Shown here piece after piece: positions 8,946 through 18,400 of a stretch of DNA of 64,000 bases. The translations under genes and the position numbers were made by a program. How positions within the stretch are numbered: position 1 is the first letter of the stretch; every line of letters begins with the position of its first letter. Below the pieces are notes generated by a model. It was not told where the DNA came from, did no database searches, and saw only the letters and a program-made list of their open reading frames with translations. Origin of the DNA: a virus (taxonomy: Duplodnaviria; Caudoviricetes); the IMG/VR virus record IMGVR_UViG_2840904412_000001, positions 2,587 to 66,586 of that record. One strand, 5' to 3'.

Positions 8946-11900
8946 ATGGCGTAAATTGACGCTATTAGTAAAGTGATTTGCTAATACCCAAGGTTAACTG
9001 CTATGAAATCCTAAAGCTCATTTAACTACAAAGCAATCCGAAAGGATAAACTTGAATGTTGTGAAAACAGAAAAAATAAATGAGATGTACTAAGGTTAAA
9101 TCCTAAGGTATATACAATGGACGTATAGCATCGAAACATCTAAGTCTTTAAAGATAAGATGAACGTTCAACGACTATTCCGTATAGGTGACGGAAGTAAA
9201 GCCCAAAGTGATTGTGGGAAGAAAAATCTTGCCCTTAATTAAAAATTAAGGTGAACAAATAGTCTAAGCACGTACTGAAAAGTAGTGTTAGGAATTGACC
9301 TAAGTTTACAAAGTAGCGTTTGTAAATAAAAAATAAAAAAATACAAATTACTACTTGACTTTCATACTTCATTATAGTACACTCTAAATTAGAAAGTGAG
9401 GTGTATGAATAATGGAGTATAAACACTTAAGATTAAAACTCAAACCTGACAAGAACCAAGAAGAGCTATTATGGTTACATGCGAATCATAGTAGAGCGTT
9501 ACGTAATATATTGGTAGAATACGTGAACAAAGTAAAGAAAGAAACACCGAAAACTTCAATAAGTAAGACATTATTATATGAAAAGTACTCAGACTTACGA
9601 AAAGATACTAAGTATTCTTGGTTATTAGAGGTATCAGAGTCTTCTTTAAATACTGTTACACGAGTGTTGTATGAGGACTACAATAATTACTTCAAAGGTA
9701 GAAGAAGAAAACCTAAATTTCATAGTAAAAAGTATGGAAAACAATATTTCTATCCTAGGACAGGTAAAGGAAGACTATATATCAAAGATTCTTTTTTAAA
9801 GATTGAAAAAGTCGGTAGAGTTACTATTTCTAAAAGAGACTTATATAATAAACATGATATTATTTACAAAATTCAAAAAGAAGATAAATTTTATAGGTCA
9901 GTTGTCTACCACGATGGTTTAGACTGGTTTATATCTTTAACATATAAAAATAGTATTAGTAACGATAACCAAGTCAAACATACTACAGTTAAAGATAAGC
10001 AAGGAACTTTAGGTATTGATTTAGGTATAAATAAACTTGCTACATGCTCTGATGGTACTATTTATAATAATGTTATTATGACTTCTTACTATAATAAGTT
10101 AACCCGTAAACTTAAGAGACTACAGAGACAGGTGTCGAGGAAGTATAGTATGAATAAAGATTACTTAGTAGTATATTTACTAGACGGAAAAGGTAAACCA
10201 AAACTAGACAAGTATGGCAATCATAAATTTAAGTATGCTAGAAAAACTCAAAATATCATAAAATTAGAGCATAAAATAAAAAAGTTACAAAATAAAATGA
10301 AAAATATAAGAAAAAATCAAACACACCAAGTCACTAAAAAAATTGTTGATACAGGGTCTCAGACAATAGTTATAGAGGACTTAAATGTAAAAGGTATGAT
10401 GAAAAATAAGTATAGAGCTTACTACATATCTAACTCTAATTTTTTCTTATTTAGAAAATATCTAACTTATAAATGTGCGGATAGAGGTATAGATTTAATA
10501 GTAGCGGATAGCTGGTATCCAAGTTCACAAACATGCTCTTCTTGTGGATACAGATTAGAGGGAAAAGAAAGACAAAGAATAAAGAATGGTCGTAAGACAT
10601 TTGAATGTCCTAAATGTAACCATACGCAAGATAGAGATTTAAATGCTAGTATTAACTTGAGTAAATATAATCTTAATAGATAATAAAGTAAGTTAAGTAG
10701 TATGTAGGGTTCAGTTTGCCCGAATTTAACGACCTTAGAGTACCATATCAAACTTAAGTAGTACTTAGTGAATAATACAAGTAGCTAATACAAACAAGGG
10801 TACGTAGAAGAGGTAATAAAATACTTTGTATTTTTGATAACTGTCACAAGCTAAACAGACAGTCCATACTGGTAATACTGTAATGCTTATGATTAAAGGT
10901 AAACCAGTAGGTAGAGCTCAATCAGCATCTGGTACTCGTAGTTACGGTACAGAAGGGGTGTATGAAATTGGTTCTATCATGCCACAAGAACACGTTTACC
11001 TTAAGTATGAAGGTGAATTAACAGTAGAACGTCTACGAATGAAAAAAGAGAACTTTGCAAAATTAGGGTATGCTTCACTTGGTGAAGAAATCCTTAAGAA
11101 AGATATTATTGATATTGTTGTTATTGACAACTTAACTAAAGAAGTGCTTGTTAGTTATCACGGTTTAAGTAGTAGACCCCTTGTATAGTGATATACATTG
11201 AATAACACTTTAAATTGCTGGAACACCCTTAGAGCCTAATAAACTACAACGTAACTAGAAATGGTAAGCGTGAATGTTTAAAAATTATTAGGATTGGGCA
11301 ATCAGCATCGAAACTCCTTTAATATGGAGGACGTTCAACGACTATAATAAGTGAGTCTTAGTTACAAATTAAGATTATGGTATAGTCTAGCCCGTATTCA
11401 AATATTACGAAAGTAACGGTATGTAGCGGTTCAGCCAATAACTATGACGAGTCATGGTCAACGAATTAACTAAATAGTTCCTTTTATCTAGTAATAGATA
11501 ATCGAAAATACCTTAAATTGCGGGGAATCCTTAAAGCCATTTGAACTACAACGTAATAGGAAACTATAAGCGTGAATGTTGAGAAATCAGAAAAAATCAA
11601 TTGGATAACATATGGTGAGATAAAAGCACTATAACAGTGTCCTAAGTGTTGTAAAATAGGAAATCCGCATCCAAGCCTACACTACGTGGGAAGGTTCAAC
11701 GACTATAATAGGTACATCCTTATGGGATGATGGTATAGTCTAAGCCCTTTAAAATATATCGAAAGATAGGGTAATATTTTACTAAAAGTGTAAAATATCT
11801 GGAAATAGTTACAGAGTCGATTACTTTTTCATGATGTTTAGAGAACATAGTGACCTTATACAGTAATGTATATTGAATAACCTACTTAATTCATGGAAAC

Positions 11901-12145
11901 CCCTAACGTAAAGACGAGGGCAATCATGAGCCAAGCCTAGTAATAGGAAGGTGCAACGACTAGAGAAAGGGTAGCTTATTATTATAGGTAATAAGTGAGA
12001 ACCGAGTATCGTACACTCAAGTGAGTGGAAATGGTAGGGTTCCTAAAGTAACGATTAGGAACGTGATATAGTCTAGTCCGTATTTAAATATTACGAAAGT
12101 AACGGTATAAACGATTTAACGGCTTCAGACAAAGCCTCAAGATAA
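8946..12145 (+). CDS. Tail tube protein, 5 exons: join(8946-8951,10844-11165,11429-11466,11802-11832,12114-12145), 142 aa
   Basis: Joined exons total 429 nt: MASQAKQTVHTGNTVMLMIKGKPVGRAQS...SYHGCSANNYDESWSTNEIVTESITFSYLTASDKASR*, collinear with K-like tail tube proteins (Twort orf142 size). Confidence 0.9.
9355..9383 (+). promoter_or_regulatory. Sigma-A type promoter for the intronic tnpB
   Basis: TTGACT-17 nt-TACACT, followed by GAGGTG RBS. Confidence 0.7.
9412..10683 (+). CDS. tnpB: TnpB RNA-guided endonuclease (intron-encoded)
   Basis: N-terminal LKLKP HTH, RuvC GIDLG / VIEDL / DRDLNAS all intact, zinc finger CSSC...CPKC. Confidence 0.93.
   Translation: MEYKHLRLKLKPDKNQEELLWLHANHSRALRNILVEYVNKVKKETPKTSISKTLLYEKYSDLRKDTKYSWLLEVSESSLNTVTRVLYEDYNNYFKGRRRKPKFHSKKYGKQYFYPRTGKGRLYIKDSFLKIEKVGRVTISKRDLYNKHDIIYKIQKEDKFYRSVVYHDGLDWFISLTYKNSISNDNQVKHTTVKDKQGTLGIDLGINKLATCSDGTIYNNVIMTSYYNKLTRKLKRLQRQVSRKYSMNKDYLVVYLLDGKGKPKLDKYGNHKFKYARKTQNIIKLEHKIKKLQNKMKNIRKNQTHQVTKKIVDTGSQTIVIEDLNVKGMMKNKYRAYYISNSNFFLFRKYLTYKCADRGIDLIVADSWYPSSQTCSSCGYRLEGKERQRIKNGRKTFECPKCNHTQDRDLNASINLSKYNLNR
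10684..10843 (+). ncRNA. Putative TnpB omegaRNA scaffold (guide would be exon 2 from 10844)
   Basis: Motif order parallels 37385-37554 (ATGT..GAATTTAA..CAAACTT.AGTAG..TACGT.GAA..TTTTTGA.AAC.G). Confidence 0.7.
11166..11428 (+). ncRNA. Group I intron (tail tube intron 2, ORF-less)
   Basis: P1 GGUU/GACC with U.G pair, P7 GACTA/TAGTC, terminal G; restores the Cys codon T|GT. Confidence 0.9.
11467..11801 (+). ncRNA. Group I intron (tail tube intron 3, ORF-less)
   Basis: P1 GAAU/GUUC, P7 GACTA/TAGTC, terminal G; restores STN|EIV. Confidence 0.9.
11833..12113 (+). ncRNA. Group I intron (tail tube intron 4, ORF-less)
   Basis: P1 UCAU/GUGA, P7 GACTA/TAGTC, terminal G; restores the Tyr codon T|AT. 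Confidence 0.9.
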
Positions 12146-12155
12146 TTGACTCTAT

Positions 12156-12183
12156 AGACCTAGTTAATTCTAGGTCTTTTTTT
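12156..12183 (+). terminator. Terminator after the tail tube gene
   Basis: AGACCTAG-TTAATT-CTAGGTCT plus T tract. Confidence 0.85.
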
Positions 12184-12184
12184 A

Positions 12185-12213
12185 TTGACAAAATTTAATT
12201 TGTGTGGTAACTT
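12185..12213 (+). promoter_or_regulatory. Sigma-A type promoter
   Basis: TTGACA-17 nt-TAACTT with TG extension. Confidence 0.55.
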
Positions 12214-12230
12214 ACTATTGAGGTGATAAT

Positions 12231-13181
12231 ATGAATATTATAGGGTTAAATATAAAAACAGGAGAAGAAAAAACTTTTAACTCAATACAAGAAGCACAAA
12301 AGATGGTAGGTAATAAAGGAACAGTAAAAAGGTGCTTAGATGGAAAAATAAAAACAACAAAAGGATGGGTGTTTAGATACGAAGGGGAAGATTTTCATGA
12401 AAATACAAAGAAAATGACAAATAACAATATAAAAGTATTTGTTATAAGTAAAGGTGATGAAGAAATAAAGTTACCTTTAGAGATGTTATGTAATTTATAT
12501 GGACTAAGTAAGTCAGAAATTACTACAGTAGCTAAAGGATATAAAGGGAATATGTATAGGAAAAAAGTTAAAGGATACTTAGTAAGAGAGGCAACCGAAG
12601 AAGAAACAAAAGATGTGTTATCTAGTATAAGTTATATAGATTATGTAAAAACAATATCAATAAAAAAAGAAAAAGAATACCCGATTAGTATAGGTGAGAA
12701 GATAATAAAAGATATTCTGGATTACAATAAGGTGAAATATGTAAGAGAATATCCCCTTAAAAATTCCACACAAAGAATGGATTTTTATGTAGAGTTAGAT
12801 AATAACCACAAATATTGTATAGAACATCAAGGACAACACCATTATAGGGGTTGGAATGTTTCACTAGAAAAACAACAAGAACTAGATAATATTAAAAGGA
12901 AGTACTGTAGGGATAATGATATTGAGTATGTTGAAATAAAATATAATACAACTATATTGGGGACATTTGAGTTGTTAAAATCATTAGGTATAGTTACTAA
13001 AAGACCTAGTGTATTCACCTTTTATAATAATATTGAGTTAGATATTGATGATATAATAGAAAAATATCAATATATGGATAGATACCAATTAAGTGAGTAT
13101 TATGGCATCCCTATAAATGACCTTAGAAATGCAATAGCATTAATTGGAAGAAATCTTAAAAGAAAGTTTAAAAACAGGTAG
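12231..13181 (+). CDS. Free-standing putative homing endonuclease (NUMOD1 DNA-binding + Vsr/DUF559-like nuclease domain)
   Basis: KTGEEKTFNSIQEA NUMOD1-like motif; S.GE..I...L, REY, MDFY, IEHQGQHHY, D..K..YC motifs. Confidence 0.75.
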   Translation: MNIIGLNIKTGEEKTFNSIQEAQKMVGNKGTVKRCLDGKIKTTKGWVFRYEGEDFHENTKKMTNNNIKVFVISKGDEEIKLPLEMLCNLYGLSKSEITTVAKGYKGNMYRKKVKGYLVREATEEETKDVLSSISYIDYVKTISIKKEKEYPISIGEKIIKDILDYNKVKYVREYPLKNSTQRMDFYVELDNNHKYCIEHQGQHHYRGWNVSLEKQQELDNIKRKYCRDNDIEYVEIKYNTTILGTFELLKSLGIVTKRPSVFTFYNNIELDIDDIIEKYQYMDRYQLSEYYGIPINDLRNAIALIGRNLKRKFKNR

Positions 13182-13238
13182 TATATTAACCCTTGACAAT
13201 ACTCAAGGGTTATTTTATATTATTAATGAGGTGATAAG

Positions 13239-13394
13239 ATGAACTATAGACAAGCTAAATTAAAAGGTAGAGATACTTTCTATTATTACGACTACCCTAC
13301 TACTAAAGGAAAATATAAAAAGATAAAACAGCGTAAATCACGAGTTGAATTAAAAAAATATTTACAAAAAGAAAGGAAGAAGCATCTTGACTAA
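13239..13394 (+). CDS. Small basic hypothetical protein (51 aa)
   Basis: GAGGTG RBS; MNYRQAKLKG...KKHLD*; below the ORF-track size cutoff. Confidence 0.65.
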   Translation: MNYRQAKLKGRDTFYYYDYPTTKGKYKKIKQRKSRVELKKYLQKERKKHLD

Positions 13395-13530
13395 GAATAG
13401 AAGGAAAACAATAGGTAAACTAAGTAAAACTAGAGCTACTTGGAACATTAACCCAGTAACAAGAGTAAAGAAAGATAAAACTAAATACACAAGAAAAAAG
13501 AAACATAAAAATGTTGACAAGGACTATTAG
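13387..13530 (+). CDS. Small basic hypothetical protein (47 aa, TTG start)
   Basis: AAAGGA RBS; MTKNRRKTIGKLSKTRATWNINPVTRVKKDKTKYTRKKKHKNVDKDY*. Confidence 0.55.
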   Translation: MTKNRRKTIGKLSKTRATWNINPVTRVKKDKTKYTRKKKHKNVDKDY

Positions 13531-13565
13531 CCATTTTATAATAAGGATAAAGGAGCTGATATATT

Positions 13566-14021
13566 ATGTTTTATTCAGAAAGAAGAACAACTTGTAAGGA
13601 AAGACAAGTTAAAAAACATTATTCACAAATGACGCTACAAGAAAAGAAAGATTGTGTTTCACTTTTACAGAATGTTTTTGAACATTGTAAATTTTTTAAG
13701 ATGACACCTCATTTTAAAGAAAAATTACTTACTAGAATAGACTTTGACTTACTTACAAAGTTTATACTTCATAATAAGTATTCATTTTTAAATATTATAG
13801 AATACAATGAAACGAAAACATATAACAACACAGAAAAGCGTATAGTTCTAAAATATCCTAAGATTGTATATGTGAAAGGTGTTCCTTGTTTTCAGTACTT
13901 AGTTATTACACATACGGGTAAACTAGTTACAACATACTATAATAGGATTGATGACGTACATAAAACTCTAGATTTAAAATACTACGATAAAAATTTAAAA
14001 ATAAGTGTTGACATTTACTAA
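13566..14021 (+). CDS. Conserved hypothetical protein
   Basis: AAGGAG RBS; SERRTT..RQVKKHY motif seen in K-like phages. Confidence 0.7.
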   Translation: MFYSERRTTCKERQVKKHYSQMTLQEKKDCVSLLQNVFEHCKFFKMTPHFKEKLLTRIDFDLLTKFILHNKYSFLNIIEYNETKTYNNTEKRIVLKYPKIVYVKGVPCFQYLVITHTGKLVTTYYNRIDDVHKTLDLKYYDKNLKISVDIY

Positions 14022-14058
14022 TACGTAATTTATACTACAAATATAAACATAAAGGAGA

Positions 14059-14373
14059 TTGATTTTAATGAGCAAAAAACATGAAGTATTAGAAAGTATG
14101 AAAAAAGAATTAGGATGCTTGCCTTCAAGTGTAAGCATGACAAGTAAATATGATGCATTACATATCCATGGAGCTTTGGAGAAGTTTAAAGAACTAACAG
14201 CTATTGGTAATAAGTTAACAAAGAAATACTTAAATGGTACAGAAATTTTAACAATTAATTATCAAGACTTTGATTCTACACAAGATTATTACTTGTACTT
14301 ACTAAGAAACTACTCAAAAATTAAACAATGCTTAGGTGAAATTACTGCGCATTTTGAGCAACGAATTGCATAG
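14059..14373 (+). CDS. Hypothetical protein
   Basis: Promoter TTGACA-17-TATACT at 14008-14036 and AAGGAG RBS. Confidence 0.65.
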   Translation: MILMSKKHEVLESMKKELGCLPSSVSMTSKYDALHIHGALEKFKELTAIGNKLTKKYLNGTEILTINYQDFDSTQDYYLYLLRNYSKIKQCLGEITAHFEQRIA

Positions 14374-14454
14374 AAACAGAGTATATAGTATAATAAAAGT
14401 ATACTCTGATGTTATATTAATTATGAATAGGAAAAAGGAAAGGAAGTTAAGGAA

Positions 14455-14895
14455 TTGACAGAAGAAAATAAAAACGTAGAAGAAACACCTAAAGAAGAAT
14501 CTAAAAAGTTAACAAAAGAAGAGATTGATAAACTTAAATATAAACAACAAGAAGAACGAGAAGATGTTATCAATAAGGTTATTCGAGGAGTAAATGATAT
14601 TTACGAAAAAGAATTTAAATTTGATAACTTAGATGAACCTGTAACATTTAAAATTAGATACCCTAATGCTTTAGAACAAGGACAGATTTTAAGTGTACGT
14701 TCTTCTTACTTTAACGGTACAGATATGTACCAATCACAAGAAATTATTTATGCATTTCATATGTTAGCTACATTAAATGTAGTAGGTATTGATGTTCCTA
14801 AGGAATTTAGAAATGCTGAGGAGATTTACCGACTAGAGCCACTACTAGAGTTGTACTATGATTGGGTGGCTTGGTTAAATACCTTTCGTTACTAG
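14455..14895 (+). CDS. Tail assembly chaperone (G-like)
   Basis: Position just before the tape measure gene; late motif at 14410; ends NTFRY*. Confidence 0.7.
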   Translation: MTEENKNVEETPKEESKKLTKEEIDKLKYKQQEEREDVINKVIRGVNDIYEKEFKFDNLDEPVTFKIRYPNALEQGQILSVRSSYFNGTDMYQSQEIIYAFHMLATLNVVGIDVPKEFRNAEEIYRLEPLLELYYDWVAWLNTFRY

Positions 14896-15427
14896 AGGTG
14901 AAGTTGATAATGTAGGGGGGATAGAGCGCCTCGTAAAAGAAAATTACTCTAGAAACTTATGGACAATTATGCGTGAGTTTAATGTACTCCCTACAGATGA
15001 TAGGTTTAAACAATTAACAGACCTTCAAATAGAGTTTATACTATATAATATGGTACAAGATAATAAAGAACAAGAACTTATTGCTAAAGGTAAACGGTTT
15101 GATAGTCATTTTGAAGATGATGATAATTCTTGGATGGAAGTCGATGAAAAAGAATTTGAAGTTGTCCCAGAGTTTCTTGACTTGGATAGTATTAATAAGC
15201 AGATTGAGGGTAGGTTATCTGAAGAAGAAAAGCAACGGAGACAAGAACGCTTTGATTCTGATGACCCCGATGAAATGGATAGAGTAGACTTAGTGTTAGA
15301 AGAGCAAAAAAGACGTATAGAAGAAATAGACAGGGAATTAGGTATAACTGATGACAAACCTGTTGAATATAGTAAAGATACAATATCTCAAGCTCTAGAC
15401 GAGCTAGACGATGATGACTGGATTTAG
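14885..15427 (+). CDS. Tail assembly chaperone extension (T-like), likely reached by +1 frameshift; first ATG 14969
   Basis: Frame is open from 14879, overlapping the upstream stop; no clear RBS at 14969. Confidence 0.6.
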   Translation, partial: FVTRGEVDNVGGIERLVKENYSRNLWTIMREFNVLPTDDRFKQLTDLQIEFILYNMVQDNKEQELIAKGKRFDSHFEDDDNSWMEVDEKEFEVVPEFLDLDSINKQIEGRLSEEEKQRRQERFDSDDPDEMDRVDLVLEEQKRRIEEIDRELGITDDKPVEYSKDTISQALDELDDDDWI

Positions 15428-15477
15428 GGGTAGTAGTATTTCTACTACCCTATTTTTAAGTAGTAGGTGGTTTAGAA

Positions 15478-18400
15478 ATGCTTAATGATAGTTATAGGTT
15501 AGTATTATCTGCTGATAGTTCTGATTTAGAGAATGGTCTTATAGCAATACAAGCATATATGGATGCGTTAGAGAAAAGTAATATTGATGCCCCATTAGAT
15601 AAATTCAATGAAAAATTAAAACAAATTGCTAAAGAAATAAAAAATGTTCAAAAAATACAAAAAAATGTAGAAGGTACGTCTTTTGTTAAAGCTAAGGACA
15701 TGAATGAGTTAGTAAACTCTTCTAAAAAAGCACATAAAGAAATTAGTGACTTACAAGAGGCTTTGCAAGATGTTGCTGAAACGAATAAAATAAAAGGTTT
15801 CATTGACCCAAAAGTCCTTAAAACCTTTAGTAGTTTAAATAATGCACTTAAAGAAACAGGTAACATTGTTGATGAAGTGTCAGGGAAGTCTATAGGTGTA
15901 GATGCTGATATTAAACAGCGTATGCGTGATATGAAAGAGTTTGGGACACAAACTAAGAAAGCTATGGAATTACAAAAGCAGTTTGAGGACATTAGCGCAC
16001 ACAAGAAAAATCTATCAGCTACTCAGAGACGTGTATCAGGTACTTTAGATAGAACAAGAAGTACTAATAGAATGACATATATACAAAGTGAGAAAATGAA
16101 ATCGGACTTGTCTATGTTGGGTAGTAGTAAGCAACGTAAAACACAAGCTGAAAGCACCATGAGCTCACTTAGAGATGAGCAACGAAAAGCTAGACAACAA
16201 TATAAAGAAATACAAGGTAGAGCTTCTAGAAATGAAATATCTGAAACAGAGCGCAGAAAATTATCAGCAGAGATTCAATCAGAGATTCAAATAAGAAGTA
16301 AAGTTATTCAAAAATATGAAGAGTTATCTAAAGAATTAGACAAAAGTATAGGTTCATACAATAAAAATAACGCAGAATACAGCGGACGTACAGTAGAGGC
16401 ACGTAGAGGTAGTTTTGGTAGTTTAGTAGCTGACCGTGCTCCTTCTATTGGTTCACATGCTGTTATGGGAGCATTAGCACCACTTACAGCTATGTTTTTT
16501 AATGGTCGTTCTATATCACAACAGAATAGACCTAGAAAAATAGCTCTAGGACAACAGCTAGGTACTAACATTGATAATGTCGGTAACTACATGAATGGAG
16601 GTATGAAAGAAAAAGGGTTAGGTTACGATAGAGGAGCTACACTAGAAATGGCGCAAGGTGTGACTAGCGCTACTGGTGTAACAGACCAAAGTAAAGTAAA
16701 AGGTATGGTAGACGTACTAGCATCAAGCTCTAGAAGTATGGGGCTTAATGATGAAGAAGGGTTTAGGAGTACCCTGTCCGACATTCAGCATACAGGTGCA
16801 TATAAAGACTCCTCAAGTCTAGGTCAATTTACAGATGCTGTTTACGGAGGAATACGGCAAGCGGGGCTAGAAGGTCGAGCAGACGAGCAGATTAAGGCTC
16901 TTGGACAAATAAGTGAAAGTGTCGGTAGAGGTAGAACCTTAACTGACAAAGATATGAATAATGTCACTGCTTTCCAATCAGCATTAGCAAGTTCTGGAAG
17001 TAAAGCATTACAAGGACAACAAGGAGCCTCTGTAATGGTTGGTTTGAATGAAGGAATTAAAGGTGCAAATAATGACCCATATTTACGTAACATGATGGGG
17101 CTTACTGATAAATACGGTGGCGGTGTTGTTGGGATGTATAAGTCTCAACAGCAACTAGATAAAGGTATACTAGACCCAGAAAACGTAACTAGTGGCTTAA
17201 ATAGGATTAAAAATAGTGGGGCTTCTAGAGAAGAACAAGAAGCTCACGCATGGGCTTATATGAGAGAGCTAAACCCAGAAATATCTACAGAAGCCTCTAA
17301 GAAAATTTATGACTTAAATGATAAAGGCAAACTTACTGAAGAAGAACTACACAAAGCAATATTAGATGACCAAGAAAAAGGTAAAGAATCTAAAGACAAA
17401 AATGAAAAAGACTACAAAGAGTCTCAAGCAGGGAAAGATAACAGAAATGAAGCAAATGCTAACAACACTTCTGAAGATGCTTATGATATGACTGCGGAAA
17501 TAAGAAACCTTTCTGGGACTATTACAGGACTAGGTGTAGGTGTTACTGCACTTGCGGGCGCTGTAACTGGTTTAGCAGTAGCAGTTGCTAAATCCGCAGG
17601 TATGATGGGAGCAGGTCAAGTATTTAAGTGGGGTACAAGTAAGTTCCAAAAGCCAGGTACTAAAGGAGTACCAGGAAACCTAACAGGCGGTGGAACTAAA
17701 GGCGGAGGTTTCTTTGGTCGAGCTAAAGATTTAGGTAAAAGAGCTGTAGGTTGGGACTCAGAAAGAGGTTGGCAAGGTGCTAAAGGCTCATTTAATGACC
17801 CACTCAAAGACCAAGTAGGTCGAGCTAAAGGTAGCTTTACTGACACAGCTAGAAAAGCTAAAAATACTGATTGGAAAGGTAAAGGGAAAGCCCTTGGTAA
17901 AAGCCTTTTTGAATCTGGAAAAGACGTAGGAAAAGGTAGTGTATTTAGTGATATAGGTAAAAAAGCTAAAGGACTCTTTACAAATAGAGGGAATAATGGT
18001 ATAGTTGCAGGAGGAGCTTCTGCAATGGGTGACATAGGTGGACTATCTAGAATGGGTGGTATCATAGGAAAAATAGCTATGCCATTAGGAGTAGCAGGTT
18101 CTTTATTTAATGTAGGAAATCAGATGAGTCAAGGTTCTAGTCTTAATGATTCTTTAGTAGGTGAGGCTAGTAAATGGATTGACCCTTTAGGACTAGGTTA
18201 TGGTAAGTCTATTACAGGACAATTTACTGATAAGGCAATGAAAGGTAAATCACTTATTGGATGGAATACACCTAAAGGTTCAGGAGATTTTGGTTTACTA
18301 GGTAAAGCATGGAGCTCATTATTCGGGAGTAAGGATAGTGAAAATAAAGCAGGTGGCGGTGGAGGCTCTTCAGATACTAATGTATTAAATGGAGCAAAAG

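Larger units (their letters stand above)
8952..10843 (+). mobile_element. IStron: group I intron + IS607-type tnpB + omegaRNA, no tnpA (tail tube intron 1)
   Basis: Ribozyme core at about 8952-9330 (AACGACTA...AATAGTCT P7). IGS TGACGCTAT (8957-8965) is complementary to the ligated junction ATGGCG|TCA. 3' end TTTTTGATAACTG resembles the IS607 right end near 37554. Confidence 0.88.

Noticed and set aside
5549-10843. CRISPR-Cas9/Cas12 locus suggested by RuvC/HNH proteins
   Set aside because: I found no repeat-spacer array or cas1/cas2. Sizes and motifs fit IscB and TnpB.
10883-11188. 101 aa ORF as a stand-alone or truncated tail tube gene
   Set aside because: It is exon 2 read into intron 2; the spliced gene is complete.
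11190-12110. tRNA or riboswitch cluster in the structured non-coding region
   Set aside because: The structure is explained by three group I introns, and no cloverleaf was recognised.
17630-18000. Short Gly/Lys-rich repeats (GRAK) in the tape measure gene
   Set aside because: Ordinary low-complexity protein repeats; not a DGR or array.
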